From positions 1 to 33,658 of the forward strand of contig JWZX01002700.1 in NCBI GenBank assembly GCA_001275005.1: DNA of 33,658 bases. Direction: 5' to 3'. Below the pieces are notes generated by a model. That model ran no database searches. It was not told the DNA's origin and worked only from the letters and a program-made list of their open reading frames with translations. Shown piece after piece: positions 1 to 9,981 of the stretch (positions within the stretch are counted from its first letter, which is position 1; each line of letters starts with the position of its first letter). The stretch comes from Chrysochromulina tobinii (taxonomy: Eukaryota). The position numbers and the translations under genes are program-made.

Positions 1-1281
1 GCTCGTACCAGCCCGCCCGCGGATTCGCGAACGCGGTCGCGATCGCTGGCGTGCGGTACTCGGCCTCGTTGAGGCCTTGCGCACCCGCAAAGGTGAGGAA
101 CGTCGTGGAGCTCGCGCTCCACTCCTTCGAGATCTCGTGCAGCTGGGCGGAGGCGCCTCGCGCGTTGGCCGAGAAGGTTTCGTCCACATTGTACCGGAGC
201 GTCGCGCGTTGGATCTGCTCGTGCGGGCGCAGCTGGTTCGGCCCGAGCCCGATGATGTCGGTGAACTGCACGAGCACCGAGTCGTAGTGGCCGACGGAGC
301 TGCTCCCGTCCCACCACAGGCCCGTGTCTTGGTAGCCGAAGTAGTCGGGGGTGTCGGAGCGGATCCACGTCGACTGGCAGCCGCCCGTGTAGCTCGAGTT
401 CTCGCCGTTGAATGCGTACGAAAATGCCGGGGGGGGGGCGGCGGCGGCGGCGGCGGCGGCGCACGAGGCGACGGCGGCGGCGGCTTAGAGGGGCTCGGGG
501 GCGGCGGCGCCGTAGGTGAACTCCCCACCGTTGGGACATCGAGGTATGGGGAGTTCACGGCTGTCGAGAACTGCAGCTGGACGCCGTTGGTGCCGCCAGT
601 GGGCAACGCGATCCAGCCATTGTTTGCACGGCTACCGGCGAGCCACGCGGCAATCGATGAGGTCACGTCAAATCTCTGCCAGCCAACGGTTCCTGGGAAG
701 GTTACGTTTGTGGCGCCGCGGACGGCGACGTTGGCGGAGTTCCACGATGACGGTGCGAATGGGAGGTTGGTCCACGTGACCGTGGACTGTCGAAAAAGCG
801 GGGAGGGGCGGAAAGGGACGCGTCAGCGGGAAGGGGTCTCAACCAGGGTCCCACGCGCGGTTGCGAGAGGGGCGCGCGTCTTCGCGGGCGGCGGGCACAC
901 ATGGTTCCAGGGAACGGTGAGCTCGCGGAGCGAGGCAGCTTCGCCTGCGTTGGACACAAAGTAGTTGAGCCAGACCGGGTTGTCCGGCACGAGCGTGGCC
1001 CCGACGATGGAGCTCAAGTCGAACTTGATCAGGATGGCCATCGTCGCGGAAGTGACGCCTGATGTGACCTGTGAGGTAGCGTTGATCGTGAGCGGGCCGG
1101 CCCACCACCCGAAACTGTCATTGTTGAAGTTGGTCGTCGTGTAGTTGATAGTACTTATAGGAGCCGTCGTGGTACTGCCGGCCCTGATGTATGTATCATA
1201 GGTGACGCTCGGGCCACGGATGATGACGCCCGCGGCCGAGGCGACGAGCGCGAGGAAGAGCGCGGCTTTGAGCGACGTCAT
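1..1281 (-). CDS. Secreted/surface protein with DNRLRE(CBM96)-like domains, paralog A. Exon 1 is 1281-901, intron 900-787, and exon 2 runs from 786 off the window edge (3' partial). Apparent frameshift in the G10 run at 429-438.
   Basis: ATG at 1281 gives the signal peptide MTSLKAALFLALVASAAG. DNRLRE-type motifs: YDTYIR, LIKFDLS, FDVTSSIAAWL...NNGWI. The 114-nt intron has a GTGTGC donor, GCTGAC branch point and TTTTTCGACAG acceptor. After a Pro-rich linker, a second domain (GGCQSTWIRS...WWDG...DSVLVQFT) lies in a shifted frame. Confidence 0.8.
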
Positions 1282-1413
1282 CGGTGTCGACGGAGATGCT
1301 CCGTCGGCGTTTGGTCCGACGGCGATTCGATTTTCCGAAATCGTCCCTCCCAAGTTTGATCAGTTTGGGCGCGCTCGGCTTCGCCAGACCAAGTATGGTC
1401 TTTTCGTTGGGGC

Positions 1414-1480
1414 GCTCTGTGAACGGCATCCTCTGTGTGCTCTGTGAACGGCATCCTGTGAATGGATACTGAATGGATAC
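1414..1480. repeat. Short direct repeats upstream of paralog A: GCTCTGTGAACGGCATCCT x2, then TGAATGGATAC x2
   Basis: Copies at 1414-1432 and 1439-1457, and at 1459-1469 and 1470-1480. Confidence 0.85.
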
Positions 1481-1576
1481 ACGTTTAGCATCTTCCTATG
1501 CTATAGGGACATTCTCGGTACTGGGTGCCAAACCGATCCTATAGGTTGCATCTCGCGCTTCGGGCGCTTCACCGGA

Positions 1577-1682
1577 ACTCTCCGTGTCTCCGAGATTATC
1601 TCCGTGATCTTACCGTGATCTCATCTCCGATATCTCCTTAGAGATTATCTGCGAGATAGGATCTCCGTTCTCCGATATCTCC
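1577..1682. repeat. Degenerate ATCTC/GAGAT-rich low-complexity tract
   Basis: Recurrent GAGATTATCT, CCGTGATCT and TCTCCGATATCTCC units. Confidence 0.6.
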
Positions 1683-2639
1683 TCGTTCTGGCTTGTACTG
1701 TCCACTACGACGTCCTGAGTGACGGTCAGTACGTCTGGATGTCAGCAAGGCGGTTGCTGGCATGCTGCTTGCTGGTGGGTTGGTTGGTGGGTTTGACTAA
1801 TATTTGGAGCTTGAGCGTGAGCTTAGCGTGAGCGGGGGCTTGTGCGCCGAGTTCGGCTTGCCATGCTTTTCGGCGTGAAAATGAGATTCCCCGGGGGATC
1901 TCGGTGCCCGCCTTTTGCGTTCACACCTACTTCGCCCCCGGCGGTGTGTACATAAGCGGTGTTAGCTTCGCCGTCTTGAGCGGTTGCGGTCTCATCCCGC
2001 CCGCGACGGTGCTCGTGGCAGCGCCCCCTTCGTTTCGATCCATACACTCTTGGAGCTCGGGGCTCAGTACACATTCGTCTTACCCCGCGGGGTAAGTACA
2101 TTGTATGATCTACAGTCAGATGTTTCGTCGCGGTCCCCCCACGCTCGAAATTAGCCTCAAAGCGTCAAAGGACGGCTCCGCTCCCCTCGGTCAACACAAG
2201 TACTGAGTTGAACTTGAACTTGATGGATCAAGGTAGAAGGTTCAGGAGCCTGCGGGACACAATTGGCGGGACATGATAACGATGATAACGCTGACGCTAG
2301 ACGCTTGATAAAATTAAAAACGAAAGCTTATAAAATTATAAATGAAAGCGACCACAATGCGCCCGTGCCTAAACTGCCTTTCCAAGGGCCTTTGGGTTAT
2401 TTTCAACAAGTTAGCTACACCCAAGGATCCCGGCTGAGCGTGGCACTTCATAGGAGAACAGACAAAACAATGCATTGCGCCGGAAATAAACTACGATCTA
2501 CGTGTGGTGTACGAAGTAGAACGAACCCGGGCAACCGCTCGCGGCTCGGCTGGGATGGGTCCTGGGCTCGGCGAATCAGTCAACCAGGCGAGCGACTACG
2601 ACGAGAATCCCCCGGGAGTGTGGGCAGCTGTGCGCGCCT

Positions 2640-3410
2640 TCATCGCACGTGCATCGAGCGCATCGCGAGCGGCGGCTGCGCCAGCATGCTCGACTGAAGC
2701 CCCGGGTACATGGTGCCCGTCGACGCGAGCGCGAGCGCCTGTCGCTTGCGCTCGGCCGCGCGCGCTTCACGAGGCGGCAGCAGCTGCGAGCTGCCGGGTG
2801 GCGGTTGGAGGACGAGCGCGGCGCGGCTGGCTGGCGGGAGCGGCAGGCGGCTGGCTGTGCCGCCAGCCGTGCCAAGTGGCACGAGGCGTTGCTGCTGCGT
2901 CTTCGTGGGCAGCCCGCGCCGAATGGGCAGAGGATGCGAGGCCCAGCCGAGCGGCGGAATCGCGTGCGTATAGGCTTTGGCGCGCTCGCGTGTGCGCGAC
3001 GAGATCGGACCGTCGCCGAGGCCCATGCCGGCAATAGCAGCGGACAGGCCCGTGGTGGGCGGTGCCACCGGAATGGCCTCTCTCGCTCTCGTGGCAGCCG
3101 CTGCTGCTGCTGCGTGCTGCTCGGCCGGAATCGGCGGCAGCGGGCGCTTGTATGGCGACTGGCTAGCGGCCCGCTGCGCGCGCTTTCCGGTAGAGCGGAT
3201 TGCGCCACCCGTACCCGGCTCGCGACATGGATCAACCAGCTCTGTCGGCGCAAAGGAGACTGCTGGCCCCGCGCCGGCCTCGCGACCCGCCCGCATGAGC
3301 TGGAATGGGCGCGGGACCGGGATGGCGGGCTCGCCCTCGTGCTGCCTCACGATCACTGTCAGTCGAACTTCCTCAGCCTTGCCACGAGATGAAGATCGCA
3401 GGAGCGGCAT
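2640..3410 (-). CDS. Hypothetical low-complexity protein (~256 aa), divergent from the hydrolase-MATE gene
   Basis: Open frame from ATG 3410 (MPLLRSSSRGKAEEVRLTVIVRQ...) to a stop at 2640. It is a GC-rich block between AT-richer flanks, with no recognisable domain. Confidence 0.4.
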   Translation of the reverse strand: MPLLRSSSRGKAEEVRLTVIVRQHEGEPAIPVPRPFQLMRAGREAGAGPAVSFAPTELVDPCREPGTGGAIRSTGKRAQRAASQSPYKRPLPPIPAEQHAAAAAAATRAREAIPVAPPTTGLSAAIAGMGLGDGPISSRTRERAKAYTHAIPPLGWASHPLPIRRGLPTKTQQQRLVPLGTAGGTASRLPLPPASRAALVLQPPPGSSQLLPPREARAAERKRQALALASTGTMYPGLQSSMLAQPPLAMRSMHVR

Positions 3411-3547
3411 TGCGACGCTCGGGCCGCCAACCGCCAATTCACACGATGCATTTCACAGTCACAATAAAATTCGATTCGTTGAGACTCTTGAGGTCGCGCC
3501 ACAATCTGGGCCCAATCTGAACTTTCACTCTCTCACGAAGTATACAC

Positions 3548-6500
3548 ATGATCTTCCCCTGCTACCTCGCGACGGCCTTCGATTCGGTGGACCTGACCCT
3601 TCCGCTGCTCGCGAAGGCCATCGGTGGAGCTGCTCTGCTCGTCGACATCGCGCACCGCGGCACTGCCACGCCTCGCGTCTCCCTCGGTGCGAGCGCACAG
3701 GCCACACTGGAGGTGGTTGAGCGCCTCGGGGGCACCCTTGGCTTCACGCCAACGCCCTACCTTGATGGGTTTGTCGGCGGCCATGCGCAGACAATCTGGT
3801 ATGGGCTCAAACTCGACGAGCCAAGGTTGCCTTTTTATTCAGTGGATTCGTGGCGAACGGAAGATGGAGGCACCGTCGCAATCGCTTGGCCAGATCCTCC
3901 GACGCATCATGAATGGCCACCGACAGCGCCGGTGGTCTTGGTCCTCCCCGGCCTTTGTGGCAGCATCAAAGGCACTGGGCATGCGCTCCAGGCACTGTTT
4001 GCATCTGGCGTGCGGCCGGCCGTGCTGCATGCTCGCGGATGTGGCCATGACCTCACCTCAGCGTGCTTCAACCTCTTCGGCTCCACCGACGACGTGCGCG
4101 CTGCCATCGGCCGAGTCAAGGATCTCTACCCCGGCGCCCGGGTCGGGCTGTACGGCATCAGCGCGGGCACGGCGCTCCTCGTGCGCTACCTCGGTGAGGA
4201 GGGCAGCCGCACGCCCGTCGTGGCCGCTGTGGCCAACTGCCCGGGCTACGATATCGGCGTGTGCCTCACCCGCGTCGGCTGGATCTACGACTGTGGGTTT
4301 TATCTCGGGGTACTGAAGCGTCATTGGCTGGGCGGGCGTAACGGCGAGCTGCTGCGCGTGCGCAACCCAGAGGCATGCCGTCGCATGCAAAGCGCCACCG
4401 ATATGCATGCCTTTCAGGTGGCGGCCTCGCCCTTTGCGGCGCCGGAGGCGGAGGGGGCGGGCCGCGGCGAGGGTACCAGCAGCGGGGCGGTGGGGACTGG
4501 CTTCGCCGCCTTCCTCGCTGCCAGCAACCCAATGGGGGTCGCGCACCGCATCAGCATCCCAGTGCTCATCCTCAATTCCGACGACGACCCCGTGTGCGAC
4601 GCTCGCAACCAGGACGAGAATGTGCCGCCGCTCCTCGCGAGGGGCTGCGAGCGAGCGGTCCTTCTGCGCCTGCCCAAGGGCGGACACTGCTGCTTCGCCA
4701 CGGGCTGGCGAGCCAAGCGCTGGGGCGATCATCTCGCCGCCGGCTTCCTTGCGGCCTTTGCGCGCGAAGAGGGGACGGTGCATGTCGAGGGGCAGGAGGA
4801 GAGCGCCATGTCGAGCGTCAGGTCGAGCGCCATGGCTGCGCTGGGGTCGACGCCACTCACCTCTGCCGAGGTTGGCAGCGCGCCGGTCGCTTCCGCCAGT
4901 GTCGCAACCACTCTAGTGAACTCCGCAGCTGCAGCTCCCAAGGGTTCACATAGCAGCCGTGGCAGCGCCCGTGGCAGCGCCTCGAGCCTCCGCTGGTTCG
5001 GTGCGCCACGGCGGCCGCGCCCCTGGCGGCTCGGGCCGCTGCCGTGGCGGCAGCAGCGTGCTTCGATCGTCATGCTGACGCCGTCGGAGGCGGCCGCTGC
5101 CGCCGAGTCGGAGGCGGCGGCTGCAGCAGCGCTCGTGTCGCCAGCGTCTCCAACGGCCCTGGTCAGCGGGCTCAGTGCCCCGCTCTCGGCCGAGCAAGAG
5201 CAGCGCCAGCGCTCGGCACGGCGCGAGGAGGAGAGCGAGGAGAGCGAGGTGATCGCGATCGCTGCCCCCGCTCTGCTCAACTCGCTGCTGGATCCCTTTT
5301 TGAGCTTCATTGACACCCTTTGGGTTTCGCGGCTCGGCACGACGGCACTGGGCGCGGTCGCTGCGAGCAGTGAGCTCTTCACCCTGACCATCGCCGCGTC
5401 CCTCGCTCTCCGTGAGTCCGCCTCGTCGACGATCGCGCGGCTGGTCGCGCAGGGCCAGTTCCGCGAGGCTGAGTCGTACGCTCGCCGCTCCCTCCAGCTT
5501 GCTCTGGGCATAGGACTCGTGCTCGGCGCCGTCTTGGGCGGTCCGAGCGCCCCTTGGTGCGTCGGCTTGATGGGAGCGCCGATCGGCTCGCCCCTGCACG
5601 CGCATGCGGTTGCCTACGTGCGCATCCGTGCACTCGCGCTGCCGTGTTCGGTTGGATTCTTCGCGGCCAACGGCATCTTTCGCGGCCTCGGCGACACCCG
5701 CGCACCTCTGCGAGCGACGGCCGTGGCGGCATTGGTCAACTTTCTCCTCGATCCCCTGCTGATGCTCCGCCCAATTGGGCTGGGCGTGGCGGGCGTCTCG
5801 GCCGCCACCGCCATTGCACAGGTCTGCGCGTTTGCCCTGCTACTGCGCACGCTTGCTGCGCGGATGCCGTTGGCGTCGCCCCAGGCGTTGCCCTCGCCGC
5901 CCGCGCCGCCCCAGGCGCCGCCCCAGGCGTCGCCCTCACCGCCCTCGCCGCCCTCTCCGAGCTCGCCTGTGGGCGTTCGGGAGGAGGCCTCCGCGCGTAA
6001 GCTCGCAGGGACGAGCCTCGCCACACTCCTTCGCAGCAGCAGCACTGTCGGCACCTGGGTATACATCGCCTCGACCGTCTCGCGCCAACTGGGGCCGACG
6101 GCGATCGCGGCGCACGGGGTCGTGCTCAAGGTGTGGCTCCTGCTCGTCCTCGCGGCCGAGGCGCCCGCCGTCGCCGGCCAGGTGCTGTGCGCGCGCGCAA
6201 TCTCGCAGGGCGAGCTCGCACGAGCTCGCGCTCTGCTGAAGCGGCTGCTCGTCCGCTGCTCCGCTCTCGGAGTGGTGACGGCGGTCGTACTGCTCGCGCT
6301 CGGAGGGCCGGCGAGTGCCTTCTTCTTCACCTCCGCGGACCCAGCAACTGCGGAGCTCACGCGCGGGCTCTTCCGATGGGCTGCCATCTGCACCCCGCTC
6401 ATCGCGCCGAATGCGCTGCTCGAGGCAGTGCTCCTTGGATCAGGGCGCTCGTACAAATTCCTCGCGCTCTCGACCTTCGCCAACGCCCTCGTCGTCACCA

Positions 6501-6673
6501 CGCTCACGACCGCGGCCATCGCGGTGCGCCCGAAGCCCTCGACGGCGTGGGCATGCATCGCCGTATTCTTCGTGCTCCGCATTACGTGCGCGGGGCTGCG
6601 GCTGCGTAGCCCGCGGGCGGGCTTTGGGAGGTGGGGTGACAACTCCAGGGAAGGTGTTCAGCATCCTTCATGA
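3548..6673 (+). CDS. Fusion of an alpha/beta hydrolase (YheT/ABHD1-3-like, ~3770-4765) and a MATE/DinF-like transporter (~5250-6610), 1041 aa
   Basis: Hydrolase motifs: GHAQTIW, DGGTVAIAW, VVLVLPGLCG, ARGCG, nucleophile elbow GISAG, DDPV, GGHC. MATE motifs: IAAPALLNSLLDPFLSFIDTLWVSRLGTTALGA, YVRIRALALP, GIFRGLGDTRAPL, NFLLDPLL, GVAGVSAATAIAQ, LGPTAIAAH. Single uninterrupted ORF. Confidence 0.85.
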   Translation: MIFPCYLATAFDSVDLTLPLLAKAIGGAALLVDIAHRGTATPRVSLGASAQATLEVVERLGGTLGFTPTPYLDGFVGGHAQTIWYGLKLDEPRLPFYSVDSWRTEDGGTVAIAWPDPPTHHEWPPTAPVVLVLPGLCGSIKGTGHALQALFASGVRPAVLHARGCGHDLTSACFNLFGSTDDVRAAIGRVKDLYPGARVGLYGISAGTALLVRYLGEEGSRTPVVAAVANCPGYDIGVCLTRVGWIYDCGFYLGVLKRHWLGGRNGELLRVRNPEACRRMQSATDMHAFQVAASPFAAPEAEGAGRGEGTSSGAVGTGFAAFLAASNPMGVAHRISIPVLILNSDDDPVCDARNQDENVPPLLARGCERAVLLRLPKGGHCCFATGWRAKRWGDHLAAGFLAAFAREEGTVHVEGQEESAMSSVRSSAMAALGSTPLTSAEVGSAPVASASVATTLVNSAAAAPKGSHSSRGSARGSASSLRWFGAPRRPRPWRLGPLPWRQQRASIVMLTPSEAAAAAESEAAAAAALVSPASPTALVSGLSAPLSAEQEQRQRSARREEESEESEVIAIAAPALLNSLLDPFLSFIDTLWVSRLGTTALGAVAASSELFTLTIAASLALRESASSTIARLVAQGQFREAESYARRSLQLALGIGLVLGAVLGGPSAPWCVGLMGAPIGSPLHAHAVAYVRIRALALPCSVGFFAANGIFRGLGDTRAPLRATAVAALVNFLLDPLLMLRPIGLGVAGVSAATAIAQVCAFALLLRTLAARMPLASPQALPSPPAPPQAPPQASPSPPSPPSPSSPVGVREEASARKLAGTSLATLLRSSSTVGTWVYIASTVSRQLGPTAIAAHGVVLKVWLLLVLAAEAPAVAGQVLCARAISQGELARARALLKRLLVRCSALGVVTAVVLLALGGPASAFFFTSADPATAELTRGLFRWAAICTPLIAPNALLEAVLLGSGRSYKFLALSTFANALVVTTLTTAAIAVRPKPSTAWACIAVFFVLRITCAGLRLRSPRAGFGRWGDNSREGVQHPS

Positions 6674-7248
6674 TGTTGTTTCGATTCGCGTACAATTGTG
6701 AATTGTAACATAATGAACATCGTGAAGACCCGGGAGGTGTTCCGGTTTCGCATGCGGGTTTCGGCTCGTGGCAATTGCTCGTGGCACGGTCGTGGCCTCG
6801 TCCCCCCCTCTAGTGTCTTGTGTGAACGGTGGATGAGTCTAGTCCCTTCTATCCATCTATACCCAATTATACCCTCGTCACTGATCCGATCCCCTCCACA
6901 TCTTGCGATCGGGCTCCTCCGCGCTGACCGCTGAAGGACGACCGGTCGGTAAGAACCTGCCAAGGGGCGATCTCGGAGGCATCGGCTCCGTTGAGCCCCA
7001 GGCGTCGCGAGAGGGGTGATTAGACTCAACAAGGTCACGAACACTCTCGACTCTCCCCTGAGGAATCCCTCCGGAGTCCGGACCCTCCGGTATCTCGTAC
7101 GACCTCCGACGGAGGTTACCGGTCTAAGTATTGTTCCGTTAGGCCCGTTACTCGCATGCCTAGCAGAAAATGGAAAATCGATTCGCCGACGGAGTTCCGA
7201 CGGTCCGCCACAGCAGGAGCCTCGCCGACCGTCTTCGTGGCGTGATCG

Positions 7249-9981
7249 ATGACGTCTATGAAAGCCACGCTCTTCCTCGCGCTCGTCGCCTCGGCCGCGG
7301 GCGTCATCATCCGAGGCCCGAGCGTCACCTATGATACATACATCAGGGCCGGCACTAATAACGCTACAAACTACAACCACTTGAACATCGGGGGGTGGGA
7401 CGGACCGTTCACGATCTCGGCCACGAACGTCGTCTCAGGCGTCACTTCGGACACGTGCGCCGTCCTGATGAAGTTCGACTTGAGCTCCATCGTCGGTGCC
7501 ACGCTCGTGCCGACCAACCCGGTCTGGCTCAACTACTTTGTGATCGACGCGGGCAACCCCGCCTCGCTCCGCGAGCTCACCGTTCCCTGGGACCATGTGT
7601 GTGCACACGCCGCCTGCGAAGACGCGCGCTCCCCACACAACCGCGTGTGGCACCCTGGCTGAGGCCCTCTTCCCGCTGACGCGTCCCTTTCTGCCCCTCC
7701 CTGCTTTTTCGACAGTCCACGGTCACGTGGACCAACCTCCCATTCGCACCGTCATCGTGGAACAACTCCAACGTCGGCGGCGCCGGAGCCTTCCCAGGAA
7801 CCCTTGGCTGGCAGAGGTTTGACGTGACCTCATCGATTGCCGCGTGGCTCGCCGGTAGCCGTACAAACAACGGCTGGATTGTGTTGCCTACTGGCGGCAA
7901 CAACGGCGTCGATCTACAGTTCTCGACGAACGTGAACTCCCCGTACCTCGATGTCCCAACGGTGGGGAGTTCACCTATAGGTGAACTCTACGGCGCCGCC
8001 GCCTCCGAGCCCCTCTAAGCCGCCGCCTCGTGCACCGCCGCCCCCGAGCCCGCCCATGCTGCCTCCCTTCGGGATGCTCGAGTTCAACAGCCAGACGGCG
8101 AGCGTCTCCGGCGGCTGCCAATCGGCAACAATCTCCACCGACAATCCGAACAGAAACCAAGGCCCGTTGGCGGCGCCGGGCCCTGCGCCGTCTAGCGAGC
8201 TCTTGTCCTGGGACGGCGCTTCGATCACGGGCCACCGGGACTACGTCGTGTTGCAGTTCACCAACCTCTTTGGGACTGCGAGCCACCAAATCCATCCGCA
8301 CGACATCGTTACGGCCGCAAAGTTTCGCTACTTTATTTCCGACGTCGGCGAGCAAGCAAGCGTGCACGAGATCCTCCATCCATGGAATGCCAATACCGTG
8401 ACGCTCAACAGCTTCGCGGGCAGCGGTGGCCTCACGGTGGGGGCTGACTACCGCGCGGAGGTAATCGCCACTGCACCGGGGACTTCGGGCTGGAAAGAGA
8501 TCGACGTCACCGCGTCCATCCTCCGGTGGCTCGGGACGAATCCTTCCGGCACGAACAACAACGGCTGGATTTTCGTGCCCACGGGAGGCAACAACGGTGC
8601 CCAGATCCGTAGCTGCACCTCGTCTGCTAGTCAGCGCCCATACCTGCAGGTCAACTATCAGCTCGCGCCGCCCGCGCCGCCCTCACCGCCCCGCCCGCCG
8701 CCCTCGCCGCCCCGCCCGCCGCCCAAGCCTCCCCCGCCGCCCTTGCCGCCACTCGACGCCATCATCCTCTCAGGCCCGAGCGCCTCGAGGTCGACCTGGA
8801 TCCGCTCGACGCAGCCCACAACTGTGCAAGCGCAAGCGCCTTACCCGAACAACGTCATCTGGTGGGACGGCAACTCCCGAGATGAGACAGACCGCGACTA
8901 CGTGCTTCTCTGGTTCGACATTTCGGGGATCCCAGCGGGCCGCTTCCAGTCCGCGACCCTCCGGTACGTTATCGGCGGGGACGGCAACTCGCCGGGCAAT
9001 ATGGGCGAGCTGCACGAGCTCCTCGTCCCGTGGAGCATGTCCACCTCGTACAGCTCGCTGCCGTACGTGCCCACCAGCACCACCGGCGGCTCGTCGAGCA
9101 CCTATGGCGCGGCGGATCACAACATGCCGTGCTCCCTTGGCACCCACTCTGTCGATGTGACCGACAGCGTCAGGGCGTGGCTCTCTGGCACGCCCAACTA
9201 CGGCTGGATCGTGGTCCCGACCTTTTCCGACGGCTGCGGCATGCAGTCGCACCTCTCCACCACGGGCGGCGCGCCCCAGCTCATCGTCTCCCTCGTCGCG
9301 TCTCCGCGGGCGCCGCCCTCGCCGCCCTCGCCACCGGCCTTGCCACCGTCGCCGCCCTCGCCACCGCGGCCGCCGCCGCGGCCGCCGCCGCGGCCACCGC
9401 CGCCGTTGCTGCCGGGCGCAAGCTACGTTGCCGCCATCACAGCGACCTTCACCGTGGCGGGCGATGTCTCGAGCTTCGATCAGAACGCATTCAAGAACCG
9501 CCTGGCGACCCGTTTGGGCGTGTTCTCGTCCGCGATCTCGCTCAGCGTCACCTCCGCTTCCGTCGCGGTCGCCGCCACCATCTTGTACCCGAGCCCGGCG
9601 GCGGCGAGTACCGCGGCGGCGACGCTCGCCGCGACGACGCCAGCCGCGCTCAGCGCTGCGCTTGGCGTCACCGTGCAGGCGGTTGCCAACGTCGCACCGA
9701 CGACGGTCGCCGTCGCTCCGCCCCCGCCGCCGTTCAACTCCGGCAGCCTGGCTTTGAACGCGGGCAGCGGGGCCGGCGTGTCTTCCAGTGTGGTGATCGG
9801 CGTTGCGGTGGGCGTGGGCGTGCCTCTCTTCGTGCTCCTCGTCGCCATCATCGTGTGCACCTTTAAGCTCCGCCAGAAGAAGGCGACGACGATCGTCAAG
9901 GCCATCCCGACCACGACCATCGACAACCCGATAGCGCAGTCCTCGGCCACGAGCGGCGTCGAGATGAAGGACGCAATCTGA
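7249..9981 (+). CDS. Type I membrane protein, paralog B: signal peptide, three DNRLRE(CBM96)-like domains with Pro-rich linkers, a possible SEA-like module, one TM helix and a short tail. Exon 1 is 7249-7596, intron 7597-7715, exon 2 starts at 7716. The frame is disrupted by a 13-bp insertion at 7978-7990.
   Basis: Signal peptide MTSMKATLFLALVASAAG. DVT..(I/V)..WL...N(N/Y)GWI occurs three times. TM segment VVIGVAVGVGVPLFVLLVAIIVC is followed by basic KLRQKK. The 119-nt GT-AG intron is homologous to the paralog A intron. Confidence 0.8.

Noticed and set aside
2079..2101. Minus-strand TACTTACC resembling the U1 snRNA 5' end
   Set aside because: It lacks ACTTACCTG and the downstream U1 stem-loops and Sm site, and is explained by the palindrome.
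7249..7960. Diversity-generating retroelement explanation for the paralog variation
   Set aside because: The differences include indels and non-adenine changes, both copies retain the intron, and no reverse transcriptase is present.
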